Shown: positions 1 through 9,463, counted from the stretch's first letter. The stretch: DNA of 64,000 bases from Pyrinomonadaceae bacterium (GCA_025922875.1 JAICGZ010000001.1:6541-70540), one strand, 5' to 3'. The notes: generated from the sequence alone by a model not told the origin. Translations and numbers: made by a program.

Positions 1-1138
1 CGCCGAGTTCGATAACTACTTGCGGATCGTCCTCGCCTATTTCGATCGGAGTGATGTCTTCCACAACGGTTTCGATTTCATCCAGTACGTTGGTCACGAG
101 GATCGCGTGATAAGCCGCCAGAAACCGGCCGGACTCCTGGATGATCGTCGGATGAGGTACGTTCTCGTCGTCGCACACCTGCTTGATCGTGTAGATAACG
201 TCGTTTGCAAACTCCTGCGCCGTGTAGTTTGCCGATGAATCAAACGCGGTCTTCGAGCCATCGTAGTCCACCGCCATACCGCCGCCGACATCCAGCAGCT
301 CGATGGGAACTTTCATCTGGTAGACTTTTGCGTAAACGCGCGCCGCTTCCTTCATCGCATTCTTTATGCGCTTGATGTCGGTGAGTTGGGAACCGATGTG
401 GAAGTGGAGCAGCTTGAGCATGTCCATGCGATCGGCTTCTTCGAGACGCCGGATCACTTCCAGCAGTTCGGTTGTCGTCAGGCCGAACTTCGCGGCCTCA
501 CCGCCTGACTTTTCCCAGCGACCGGAGCCTTTCGAGTAAAGCTTCACGCGCATGCCGATCATCGGCAGCGGGCCATCAGTTCGCTCAGCGACGTTAAGCA
601 CGTGATCGAGTTCGTTCAGCTTCTCGATCACGATTACAACTTTCTTTCCCACTCTCGCGCCGGCAAACGCCAGCTCAATAAATTCCTCGTCTTTGAAACC
701 ATTGAGGACGAGCAGGCTGTCGCCCGGCTGTTCGAGAGCGAGAGCGGCGTAGAGTTCAGCTTTCGATCCTGCTTCGAGTCCGAAGTCGTAGCGCGAGCCT
801 TCGCGGAGATACTCCTCCACCACCGCACGCTGCTGGTTTACCTTCATCGGGTAAACACACATGTGCGCTCCCTGGTACTCAAACTCGCGTATCGAGCGGC
901 TAAAAGCGCGCTGAAGTTTTCTTACTTGAGCTGCGACCAACTGCGGAAAGCGCAGGAGAACGGGCGTGGTAATGCCGCGTTTGGCAAGGTCGTCAATGAT
1001 TTCTTTCAAGTCCGCTGAGCGGGGATCTCCCTCGATCGGGCGGACGATAAGATTTCCCTTCCGGTTAACATCGAAGTAGCCAGCGGCCCAGTTTTCGATT
1101 CCATAAGTTTCGAGCGTTTGCTCGATTGCCGTGGTCAA
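1..1138 (-). CDS. speA: biosynthetic arginine decarboxylase (PLP-dependent), N-terminal ~379 codons. The ORF runs off the left edge, so it is absent from the ORF track.
   Basis: Own minus-strand translation from TTG at 1138 gives LTTAIEQTLETYGIENWAAGYFDVNRKGNLIVRPIEG. Further on it gives LHFHIGSQ, LLDVGGGMAVDYDGSKT, NYTAQEFANDV and PHPTIIQESGRFLAAYH, which are conserved SpeA blocks. The frame is open to position 1. Confidence 0.85.
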   Translation of the reverse strand, partial: MTTAIEQTLETYGIENWAAGYFDVNRKGNLIVRPIEGDPRSADLKEIIDDLAKRGITTPVLLRFPQLVAAQVRKLQRAFSRSIREFEYQGAHMCVYPMKVNQQRAVVEEYLREGSRYDFGLEAGSKAELYAALALEQPGDSLLVLNGFKDEEFIELAFAGARVGKKVVIVIEKLNELDHVLNVAERTDGPLPMIGMRVKLYSKGSGRWEKSGGEAAKFGLTTTELLEVIRRLEEADRMDMLKLLHFHIGSQLTDIKRIKNAMKEAARVYAKVYQMKVPIELLDVGGGMAVDYDGSKTAFDSSANYTAQEFANDVIYTIKQVCDDENVPHPTIIQESGRFLAAYHAILVTNVLDEIETVVEDITPIEIGEDDPQVVIELG

Positions 1139-1365
1139 TTAGCGGGTCTCCTGCTTTTTGAAGTAAAACTTGATCGATATGATTCCCATCGCTGAATCAT
1201 AGATGTACATCTATCCGGTCGAGTTGCGGAGTTTGTGTTTGGGTGGAACGCTTTAGCCGCGCAATGTAACAGAAAACGGCCGCTGCGGTCTATAACTTTT
1301 TTGTTTCAGAAGGACCAGCAGAACCGCGGATTTTCGTGAAAAATACTAGACTTTCAGTCGCCTAC

Positions 1366-1461
1366 GCGCCTCCCCGGAGTGCGGCGGCATGGAGGCGTTT
1401 TGCCTTTGATCACGAGATCGAGAACAAAGTGGCGCCAGGCCGCCGCACTCCAGGGAGGCGC
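1366..1461. repeat. ~95-bp palindromic MITE/REP-like element, copy 1 (right arm intact, left arm decayed)
   Basis: The sequence is gcgcctccccggagtgcggcggc...gagatcgagaacaaagtggcgccaggccgccgcactccagggaggcgc. The same arms recur at 47352-47431 and 61833-61926. Confidence 0.8.
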
Positions 1462-1477
1462 CCATTTCAATTTGTCC

Positions 1478-1505
1478 TTGACATCACTACATGCGTGCCT
1501 ATAAT
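1478..1505 (+). promoter_or_regulatory. sigma70-type promoter candidate for glnA
   Basis: TTGACA (1478-1483), a 16-nt spacer, then TATAAT (1500-1505). It sits ~140 nt upstream of the glnA ATG. Confidence 0.55.
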
Positions 1506-1644
1506 GGCAGTTTTTTACGTGGCTAGCCTTCAATGCGGTACGACTGTTTTCTCGAAGTCGTTAAGCTCCCGATCATACTTCGCACCAAACACCACGCCGG
1601 GGCGAAGAGTACCCCCAACACTCCCTTAATGTTTAGGAGATCAA

Positions 1645-3069
1645 ATGAAACCTAAGACTGTCTTGGATTATGCATCCGAAAATGGAGCCAAATTTGTTTC
1701 TGTTCGTTTCACGGATTTGCCCGGTTCCTGGCAACACCTTACCTTTCCAATCGCCGAACTTGGGGAAGATCAGTTTGAAGACGGCTTCGGTTTCGACGCG
1801 TCTTCAATTCGCGGCTGGGCAGCGATCCACGAGTCAGACATGTTGCTCGTCCCCGATGCCACGCGCTTCTGGATGGATCCATTTGCCGAGCAACCGACCC
1901 TCTGTTTGATCGGCAGCGCCGTCGATCCGATAACCAAAGAAGGTTACGCCTACGATCCGCGCTCGGTTGCGCAACGCGCCGAAAGCTATCTCAAATTCAC
2001 CGGACTCGCGGACACTGCTTACTTTGGTCCCGAAGCCGAGTTCTTTGTGTTTGACTCAGTTAAGTTTCATAACGAACCACATTCCACGGGTTTCTCTCTC
2101 GATTCGGATGAAGCACATTGGAACAGCGGTCGCGATGCAAACGAGTTTGCGGGATCGAACCTCGGTTATCGAATTCGTCCCAAGGAAGGTTATGTTCCCG
2201 TCCCGCCGACTGATTCATTATCGGATCTGCGATCTGAGATCTCATTAACTCTGGCGAAGTGTGGCGTAACCGTCGAATGTCATCACCATGAAGTTGCGAC
2301 GGCCGGTCAATGTGAGATCGATTTTCGCTACTCGACGATGTTGGGACCGGCCGATAATCTTCAAATATTTAAATACGTAGTTCGCAATACTGCGCACCAG
2401 TTTGGGAAGTCCGCGACGTTCATGCCGAAGCCGCTGTATGGCGATAACGGTTCGGGAATGCACTGTCACCAGTCGTTGTGGAAAGGTGAGAAGCCCCTCT
2501 TTTCCGGCGATGGTTACGCAGGACTATCTGACACCGCGCGCTATTACATCGGTGGCTTGTTGAAACACGCTGCCGCGGTTGTTGCTTTCGCTGCGCCGAC
2601 GACGAACAGTTATAAACGCCTGGTGCCTGGTTTCGAGGCTCCGGTGAATCTCGCCTATTCGGCTCGCAACCGTTCGGCCGCGATTCGCATTCCAATGTTC
2701 TCGACCAATCCGAAATTGAAACGGCTCGAGTTTCGTCCGCCCGATCCGTCGTGTAACGCGTATCTCGCGTTTTCGGCGATGCTACTCGCGGGACTGGACG
2801 GCGTTCAGAACCGGATCGATCCGGGTGAACCACTCGAAAAGGACATCTACGATCTGTCTCCGGAGGAATTGAAAGACGTGCCGACCTTGCCGGGTACGTT
2901 GGACGATTCACTGAAAGCGCTGGAAGCCGATCACGATTTTCTTTTGAAGGGCGACGTGTTCAGTCCGCAATTGATCGAGCGTTGGATTAGCTACAAGCGC
3001 GATCGGGAGATCACGCCGATGCGCATGCGGCCGCATCCGCTCGAGTTTTCGCTCTACTACGACATCTAA
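1645..3069 (+). CDS. glnA: glutamine synthetase, type I
   Basis: 474 aa with AGGAGA RBS 5 nt upstream. GS-I blocks are present ([34 protein letters not shown]), plus the adenylylation-loop Tyr context [10 protein letters not shown]. Confidence 0.95.
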   Translation: MKPKTVLDYASENGAKFVSVRFTDLPGSWQHLTFPIAELGEDQFEDGFGFDASSIRGWAAIHESDMLLVPDATRFWMDPFAEQPTLCLIGSAVDPITKEGYAYDPRSVAQRAESYLKFTGLADTAYFGPEAEFFVFDSVKFHNEPHSTGFSLDSDEAHWNSGRDANEFAGSNLGYRIRPKEGYVPVPPTDSLSDLRSEISLTLAKCGVTVECHHHEVATAGQCEIDFRYSTMLGPADNLQIFKYVVRNTAHQFGKSATFMPKPLYGDNGSGMHCHQSLWKGEKPLFSGDGYAGLSDTARYYIGGLLKHAAAVVAFAAPTTNSYKRLVPGFEAPVNLAYSARNRSAAIRIPMFSTNPKLKRLEFRPPDPSCNAYLAFSAMLLAGLDGVQNRIDPGEPLEKDIYDLSPEELKDVPTLPGTLDDSLKALEADHDFLLKGDVFSPQLIERWISYKRDREITPMRMRPHPLEFSLYYDI

Positions 3070-3086
3070 AGCGGTGGGACAAAATA

Positions 3087-3118
3087 GGTCCTATAGGTCC
3101 CCTATGACCTATAGGACC
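3087..3118 (+). promoter_or_regulatory. perfect 13-bp stem / 6-nt loop hairpin between glnA and glnE (no U-tract)
   Basis: ggtcctataggtc-ccctat-gacctataggacc. It starts 18 nt after the glnA stop and ends 16 nt before the glnE ATG. Confidence 0.6.
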
Positions 3119-3134
3119 GATTAGCTCTTGTACA

Positions 3135-6002
3135 ATGGGCGCTGTGCCCAATCTCGAATTCTTACTCCGCGATCTGCCCGATCAGAATGGCGCTCGTCTG
3201 TTTCTCGAGCGGCTGGAGAAAGAGCAGCCGCGTGCACATCAAAAACTACTGAAACAACCCGCGTTGCTGTCGGATGTCCTCGCTCTCGCTGCGTGGAGTC
3301 CGTTGTTGGCGACAACGATCGAGCAGAACTCGGAATATCTCTCCTGGCTGTCTCGTGAGCGATCCGATCCTCGCGTCAGAACGCGCGACGAGTTCAAAGA
3401 ATCTCTCGCACGTTTTGCCCTTACACATTCTTCCCTGAATCCACAGTTGTTGTTCGCGCGTTTTCGACGTCGCGAGTTGCTACGCACTTACCTGCATGAC
3501 ATTCGTCGCTCACAAACCCTCGTCGAAACGATGGAAGAGTTGTCGAACCTTGCGGACGCGATTCTGGATTACGCGCTTAGCCTGGCGCGCCAGGATCTCG
3601 ACAATCGCTACGGTCTGCCGCGTCACGTTGACGAGCGAGGCCGTAGCGCGACCGCCGAGTTCTGCGTTATCGCACTCGGAAAGCTCGGATCGATGGAACT
3701 CAACTACGCTTCCGATATCGATCTGATCTTTCTCTATTCAGAAGATGGAACGACAGCCGCCACAGGCGATCGAGGTGAGGTCACTAACCGCGAGTACTTC
3801 GTAAAGCTCTCAGAAGCGATCGCGCGTCTTGTCGGACAATCGGGAGGTGAAGGAGCAGCATATCGCGTAGATTTAAGACTTCGTCCGCACGGTCGCGATG
3901 GCGCGCTTGCGTGTTCCTTGCAGGAAGCCACGCGCTACTACATGCATTCAGCACAGGACTGGGAGCGACAGACTTTGATTCGTTCCCGCGCCGCAGCGGG
4001 TTCGGCAGAACTGTTTTCTCGTTTCAAGGAAGCAGTCACGCCTGCCGTTTTTCGACCGAACGTGCCTGTAAGCGGGGCGCTTGCGAGTGTTCGTCTGGCC
4101 AAGCAGAAGATCGATCGGCAAGTTGAAAGAAAGAGCGGATTCAACGTGAAGTTGGGCCGTGGCGGAATTCGCGAGATCGAGTTCATCGCGCAGGCGCTTC
4201 AGTTGGCTCACGGTGGTCGCGACGATTGGTTGCGTGTGCCGCACACTCTGGTGAGTCTCGGCAGACTTGCCGATCGCGGTTTTATCACACAACCGGAACG
4301 CAGCGCGTTGTCGGATGCCTACTATTTTCTCCGCGGGCTCGAACACCGGTTGCAGATGGAGCACGGTCTGCAAACGCACACCGTTCCTGATGCCGCGGAA
4401 GCGCAAGCAGTCGTTGCGCGCCGGATGGGATTTTCAACGTCGAAAAACTTTGCCGCAGCTTTGAAAACGCACACGACGAATGTGCGTAACACTTACGATC
4501 GCCTGTTTTCGGAGATCGAAATGAGCACCGGCGTGGTGGTTGATTCTCCCACGCATCTCGATAGAGTCGATCAAGACACCGCGCTCGCAATCGTCTCAGC
4601 CCGCGTGTTCGCGTCGCACATGGACAAAGCCGAGCGCGCGCCGTCGAAAGAGTTGGCGAACCGAATTCTTTCACTCGCAAACAAATCACTCAACCCTCAT
4701 CGTGCTTTGGTCCAGGCTGCTCGTATCGCGGCGTCACTGGAAAAAACCGATCGCCGTTTGCTGATTTCGGAAGCTAACCTCGCATCTTTGCTGCAACTCT
4801 GTGGCTCCTCTGAATCATTCGCTGACATGATCGCCGCGAATCCTGCGTTGATTACAGCGCTTGGCACATCGGCAGCCACAGTCCTCCGGCGCGACCATCG
4901 CGCGATTCTTCGCGCCGCGATCGACGCCGAGCACAGTTTCCCCGCGGAGCTCGCCGCGCTGCGGTTGAAATGGGCCGAGTTGATTGCCGAAATCGGAGCC
5001 CTCGACGTTTCACACGAACTCTCAATCTTCGAGGCTAACCAGTTACAAACGGACCTCGCGACCGCGAGCATGAACGTCGCTTATCTGATTGCGCGGCGTG
5101 AAATGGCGCGGCGTTATGGTTCGTTCCGCGGCGGTCCGCGCGTCGCATTTTACGGTTTGGGCCGGCTCAGCACCGGCGGCGTCGATTACGGATCCGATCT
5201 CGACATTCTGATTACTTACGACTCGCTGGTCCCGTCGCCGATAAAAACACTGACGCAGGACGAAACTTACGCGCGCCTCGCTGAGTTTATGATCGCCGCG
5301 CTCTCGAGCATCACGAGGGAAGGCTACCTCTACCGCGTCGATTTGCGTTTGCGGCCGCACGGTAAGAATGGACCACTCGTCAGCAGTTCGGAAGGTTTTC
5401 TCGATTACTTGAAAGAGGAAAGCGCGCCATGGGAATGGCTGGCCTACGTCAAGCTGCGCTGTGTCGGCGGCGATCAGGAACTGGGGAGGATGATCGAGAC
5501 CCATGCTCGTCATCGCATACACGCGAATGCTTTGCGGCTCGATCCGGAAGAGTTGAAGTCGGTGACAAGGCATGTCAGGGATCGACTCGAAAAGGAGAAG
5601 GGCGGGCGTGGCAGGAAGTTGGGAGTTGATATCAAGTACGGGCCGGGTGGAATGCTCGATGTGTATTTTGCCGTAAGGTATTTGCAGTTACGCGATGAAG
5701 TGCCGGATGAAGGTGAAGATCGATCGACTGCGTTTACTTTAGAACGACTGCGAGAGGAAGGATCGCTCAGCGAAGAGGATTGTTCGATCCTGACCGGCGG
5801 CTACAGCCTTTTACGTTCGCTCGATCACAACTTGCGATTGATTGTTGGACGCTCGACGCGCTTGCCGGATCCGAACCACGTCACTGCGCGGGATGTGGCG
5901 CGCCGCATGGGGTTCGGATCGGTCGCTGAGTTGCAGCAGACGCTTACGGATCAAATGCAGGCAATTCGCGCCACTTACAAACGGATCCTTGAACAGGATT
6001 GA
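3135..6002 (+). CDS. glnE: bifunctional glutamine synthetase adenylyltransferase / adenylyl-removing enzyme
   Basis: 955 aa with two nucleotidyltransferase halves. Each carries the GKLG/GRLS...SDLDL(I)F and YRVDLRLRP motifs, and the gene is adjacent to glnA. Confidence 0.9.
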   Translation: MGAVPNLEFLLRDLPDQNGARLFLERLEKEQPRAHQKLLKQPALLSDVLALAAWSPLLATTIEQNSEYLSWLSRERSDPRVRTRDEFKESLARFALTHSSLNPQLLFARFRRRELLRTYLHDIRRSQTLVETMEELSNLADAILDYALSLARQDLDNRYGLPRHVDERGRSATAEFCVIALGKLGSMELNYASDIDLIFLYSEDGTTAATGDRGEVTNREYFVKLSEAIARLVGQSGGEGAAYRVDLRLRPHGRDGALACSLQEATRYYMHSAQDWERQTLIRSRAAAGSAELFSRFKEAVTPAVFRPNVPVSGALASVRLAKQKIDRQVERKSGFNVKLGRGGIREIEFIAQALQLAHGGRDDWLRVPHTLVSLGRLADRGFITQPERSALSDAYYFLRGLEHRLQMEHGLQTHTVPDAAEAQAVVARRMGFSTSKNFAAALKTHTTNVRNTYDRLFSEIEMSTGVVVDSPTHLDRVDQDTALAIVSARVFASHMDKAERAPSKELANRILSLANKSLNPHRALVQAARIAASLEKTDRRLLISEANLASLLQLCGSSESFADMIAANPALITALGTSAATVLRRDHRAILRAAIDAEHSFPAELAALRLKWAELIAEIGALDVSHELSIFEANQLQTDLATASMNVAYLIARREMARRYGSFRGGPRVAFYGLGRLSTGGVDYGSDLDILITYDSLVPSPIKTLTQDETYARLAEFMIAALSSITREGYLYRVDLRLRPHGKNGPLVSSSEGFLDYLKEESAPWEWLAYVKLRCVGGDQELGRMIETHARHRIHANALRLDPEELKSVTRHVRDRLEKEKGGRGRKLGVDIKYGPGGMLDVYFAVRYLQLRDEVPDEGEDRSTAFTLERLREEGSLSEEDCSILTGGYSLLRSLDHNLRLIVGRSTRLPDPNHVTARDVARRMGFGSVAELQQTLTDQMQAIRATYKRILEQD

Positions 6003-6019
6003 CAGGATTTCAGGATAAA

Positions 6020-6217
6020 TCATGCAAATCCCGTCGTTCTGTCAACGTCTTCCCACCAGCAGCGAGTGCACCAGCGATGGCTGGCTTGACGTTCTGCGAG
6101 CGGGTATTGAGCCGAGAGCGGCAGTCGCTTCACGACCTCGCGCTGTTCGTCGTTCAATTCGCTCCAGGTCTTGAGCCCGGGTTTTTCGCAACGCGGGCAA
6201 CTCTGCTTAGTACTCAT
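6020..6217 (-). CDS. small Cys4 (CPRC...CTRC) zinc-ribbon-like hypothetical protein
   Basis: 65 aa with an ATG start and two CxxC pairs. It is the only coherent ORF in the 330-nt spacer and is convergent with glnE. Confidence 0.4.
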   Translation of the reverse strand: MSTKQSCPRCEKPGLKTWSELNDEQREVVKRLPLSAQYPLAERQASHRWCTRCWWEDVDRTTGFA

Positions 6218-6332
6218 ACAAATAGATATTTACTACCAAACAGTCCTCGTGTAACTTAGCAATGGCGCGACGGGAAACCAAGTCGTCTTCACCTCGCATC
6301 AATGTCTCGAAGAAACGGTTAACGGAGAATAA

Positions 6333-6857
6333 ATGTTTCGAATCAAGGCCTCGTACGCAGATCAATTGGAATTACGGACCACCATCGAACGGGCCCGTGA
6401 GTTTTTTGGCGAGCTCCGTAATTTTGCGGATCTGATGCCCGGTATCGAAGGTATACGCAAAGAAGCGGGAGGCATCATGCGCTGGATGGTACGCGCGGAA
6501 GTGCCGATCATAGGGGCTGTTCAGGCGTCGTTCACGGTGGAGAAGACAGAAGATTCTCCCGACCGCCTCGAGTGGTCACCAGCGCGCTCTGAAATGAAGA
6601 ACTACCTTCGCTACGCGGCGGCGTTTGAGGAGCGCGGGCATAAGGTTCTGATCAAGATCGTCCAGCACGTGGAACTGCGCCGGCAGCACGCGAAGGATCT
6701 GCATCGTTTCGCGATTCTGGTTGGAGAGAGTGCGATCAGCGCCGAGATGCAGAAACGCGTCCGCGAGATGATTAAAACATTTCTCGAACGCGCGCGCGTA
6801 AAACTCGAAGCCGAAGAATCCCTCGATTCAGAAGGAATGCTCGACTCGCCCGCTTAA
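6333..6857 (+). CDS. SRPBCC (START/CoxG-like) superfamily protein
   Basis: 174 aa with RBS ACGGAGA upstream. The family call rests on overall similarity and is not backed by a diagnostic motif. Confidence 0.5.
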   Translation: MFRIKASYADQLELRTTIERAREFFGELRNFADLMPGIEGIRKEAGGIMRWMVRAEVPIIGAVQASFTVEKTEDSPDRLEWSPARSEMKNYLRYAAAFEERGHKVLIKIVQHVELRRQHAKDLHRFAILVGESAISAEMQKRVREMIKTFLERARVKLEAEESLDSEGMLDSPA

Positions 6858-6891
6858 AAGATCCGCGTTTTTAATCCGCGCAGATCCGCGG

Positions 6892-9360
6892 TTAGTCTTC
6901 CTTCCGCCTTCCATAACTAATCAAATTCGCAAAGACCCTGTAACCTCCCGGCAGTCCCGCGCGAAGTTGTCGATACCAAACGAAGCTCGTGTAGATATAG
7001 TTACCTCGCCCGTAAGGCGCTACGAGCAGTCCGCCTTTTAACTGAGGCTCGCCCTTGTCACTGGTTGCCAGGATAGGCGTGTAGTGTTCGTCCCACTCAC
7101 TCGGAAAATAAAGTCCGCGCTCCTGAACCCAGTCCGCGAAATCCTTCTGCGTGATCCTGTTTGGAAAATTCAGCAGCGGATGCCGCGGTTGGAGAAACAT
7201 AACCGGCGCATCTTCTTCGGTAACGCGCTGGTTGCCGACGGTGATCGGATACGGCGCGAGCTGTGGCCGCGCTCGCCTTTCGTCAGGGTTCCACTCGTTA
7301 ACGCGGTGATAGAACACGAGCAGCGTGCCGCCATCTTCGACGAACTTGAGCAGTCGATTATTGACCGGGATCAAATCCTGATGCGCTTCATAGCCGCGAT
7401 TGTCGATGATGATTGTGTGAAAGACTGAAAGATCAGACTTGGCAATCTCATCGACACTCAACTGTTTCGCGTCAACACCTAACGATGCCAGCGCGCGTTG
7501 CAGAGTTTCGTCGTAGCTCGGCACGTAACCGACCTTGCGCCCGCTTACAACCACCGCTTCCGCATAGACCAGCGGAATGTTTCTCTTCGCGATCGGTTCT
7601 TTGGGAATCGGCAGATCGACCATGACGGCTACGTTCGAGCCCTGGCTCCGTGCGCTCAATGGCAACGCGGTGCGTACCACGAGGTTTGAAGTCGCCGTTT
7701 CGTTTGGCCGAAGTTTTATTTCGCGCCCTGTCTCCAAACTCTGGCCTCTTACTCTCAACAGTCCACGGAAGTCGTTTCGCAAATGATTCTTCAGCGTGAT
7801 CGTGAAATCGAGTGGCTTTTGAGAAGTGGCCGGCGTGCTGACGTATGGCGATGGTTTAACGTCAACTATTTCAACAGCCGGTGCGACGTCTCTGCGCGTT
7901 TGGTTCTCAACGATGAATGAGACGCCTTCGAGAGCCAGTTCAGCTTCGACTCTCAGCGGTTCACCAAACAAGCGGCCATCGTAGAGATGTTCTGACGATG
8001 GAACGGTTAAGCTCAGCGTCTTCGGTGTGGTGACATTCACTTCGACCGAAGTCTCAGTGCCGGGCAACATCTTTTCGGCAGCGTCAAGCCGTTTATCGAC
8101 GCCGAGACCGCGAAATCGCAACTGCTTGATCTGAATTTCGCCGATGCCAGTGTTTGTAACCACGGCTGCAAGTGGAGCTTCTTCACCGGGAACCAGGGCA
8201 GCGTCGTTCAAGGTTATTGATGTGCCAGTGGCCACGGCCAAAGCATCATCCAAACGCGACGACATCAGTTTGAATCGATGCCGATCAGTATCAACGACTT
8301 CTTTAGGTGCCGTGAACGCGCCACGCCGGCGCGCGTTGAGAAGCGCCACGAGCACTTCGAGACGGCGGTCGATGAACTCCGTCAGCGGTTTACCTTCAAT
8401 GGTGGGCGCGACGAGTTTTGCAGCAACAGCTTCGGGCAAAGTCAGACCGTCGACGGGTGTCTTCGCGCTCGCAGGCAGCGGAGGAGCAGATTGAACCTGT
8501 CGCACAAGGTTGTAGCGAATCTGACGAGCACCGCCGGGAGGAACTGTCTTCGGCCATGGTCCCTGCGTCGCGTGCTTGTGTAGACCCGAGAGTGCTTGTT
8601 GCGCGTAAGTAACGCCGCGCACGGGATCGGTTTCATTCGGATCGATTGTTATAACTTGCGGTGGAGCATCCGGCGCGGATGGCGTTGCCGCTTGACCACG
8701 CGAACGGACGAACAGTCTCTTCACTTGCCACGTGCCCACTTGCGCAAGCTGTTCGGGAAACTGTTTGGGATCGGCAGCGGCATCGAATGCCTGCAAAACA
8801 GTGCGACCGGTCGCCTGGTGATGACCGTGTCCGCTTGTCGCGTCGTGATTCGTGATGATGACATCCGGACGAAGCAAACGAATCTGTAGGACCATGCGCC
8901 GCAGGATCTCTCTTTCACCCCACGCGCGAAACGTCTCTTCAGCCGACTTCGAAAAACCAAAATCGCGGAAACCGAGGAAGTGTGGTTCGGAACCTTGCAC
9001 TTCCGAAGCAGCCATCGTTTCGCGCGCGCGTATCACGCCGAGTTCTTCGTAGAGTTCAGGTCCGACAGCGTTCTGTCCGCCTTCACCGAAAGTTGAGAAC
9101 AGGGAAACAGTGTGAATACCGTACTTGCGACGAAGGACAGTTAACGTACTGCCGTCTTCGTCGTCAGGATGCGCGGCGACACACATCACGGTCCATGGAT
9201 TTGTGAGATCGAGTAGTGCCTGGTGAAGCTCTGCTTTGTCAGGTTTCCCGTTTGCGGTTGCATCGGTGGACTGCACCGATTGCGCGTGCGGCTGCTGATG
9301 TAAGAGGAGGAGAGATAGCAGCAGAGCAATGTAAGGTCGTTTAAAGTGTCGAAATTTCAT
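6892..9360 (-). CDS. secreted PIG-L/LmbE family deacetylase fused to a C-terminal GATase1-like (ThuA/DUF4159-like) domain
   Basis: 822 aa with a signal peptide. LmbE motifs AHPDDEDG and HGHHQATG are present. The C-terminal block reads GGTLLVFYH...GRGNYIYTSF. Confidence 0.7.
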   Translation of the reverse strand: MKFRHFKRPYIALLLSLLLLHQQPHAQSVQSTDATANGKPDKAELHQALLDLTNPWTVMCVAAHPDDEDGSTLTVLRRKYGIHTVSLFSTFGEGGQNAVGPELYEELGVIRARETMAASEVQGSEPHFLGFRDFGFSKSAEETFRAWGEREILRRMVLQIRLLRPDVIITNHDATSGHGHHQATGRTVLQAFDAAADPKQFPEQLAQVGTWQVKRLFVRSRGQAATPSAPDAPPQVITIDPNETDPVRGVTYAQQALSGLHKHATQGPWPKTVPPGGARQIRYNLVRQVQSAPPLPASAKTPVDGLTLPEAVAAKLVAPTIEGKPLTEFIDRRLEVLVALLNARRRGAFTAPKEVVDTDRHRFKLMSSRLDDALAVATGTSITLNDAALVPGEEAPLAAVVTNTGIGEIQIKQLRFRGLGVDKRLDAAEKMLPGTETSVEVNVTTPKTLSLTVPSSEHLYDGRLFGEPLRVEAELALEGVSFIVENQTRRDVAPAVEIVDVKPSPYVSTPATSQKPLDFTITLKNHLRNDFRGLLRVRGQSLETGREIKLRPNETATSNLVVRTALPLSARSQGSNVAVMVDLPIPKEPIAKRNIPLVYAEAVVVSGRKVGYVPSYDETLQRALASLGVDAKQLSVDEIAKSDLSVFHTIIIDNRGYEAHQDLIPVNNRLLKFVEDGGTLLVFYHRVNEWNPDERRARPQLAPYPITVGNQRVTEEDAPVMFLQPRHPLLNFPNRITQKDFADWVQERGLYFPSEWDEHYTPILATSDKGEPQLKGGLLVAPYGRGNYIYTSFVWYRQLRAGLPGGYRVFANLISYGRRKED

Positions 9361-9378
9361 TAATCTTTTTCCTGTTTT

Positions 9379-9453
9379 CCTCGCAAAGGCGCAAAGGCGG
9401 CAAAGAAAAAACTTAACGAGGTTTAACTTGGCGCCTTTGCGTCTTTGCGAGGA
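9379..9453. repeat. CGCAAAGGCGCAAAGG-family palindromic hairpin element, copy 1
   Basis: The arms are cctcgcaaaggcgcaaaggcgg and gcgcctttgcgtctttgcgagg. It lies between the end of the ABC operon and the start of the deacetylase gene. Confidence 0.8.
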
Positions 9454-9463
9454 GAACTTTTAT

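Noticed and set aside
1336-1629. Track ORFs 1336..1629 (+), 47010..47444 (-) and 61695..61922 (-), which encode ...KAAPGRRTP... peptides
   Set aside because: They are generated by the palindromic MITE/REP-like element, which is open on both strands. They have no RBS, they sit in intergenic or antisense context, and the shared peptide is repeat-derived.
1506-1644. Glutamine riboswitch (glnA RNA motif) in the glnA leader
   Set aside because: I could not find the conserved glnA-motif core or its pseudoknot-forming segments by eye. I kept only a generic structured-leader observation.
6003-6022. Possible UGA (Sec) readthrough at the stop of the Cys4 ORF (TGA at 6020-6022), given that tRNA-Sec and selB are present
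   Set aside because: The extension would add only ~14 codons running antisense into glnE. The sequence after the TGA is the CAGGAT word repeat, not a SECIS-like stem-loop with an apical GU-containing loop at the right distance.
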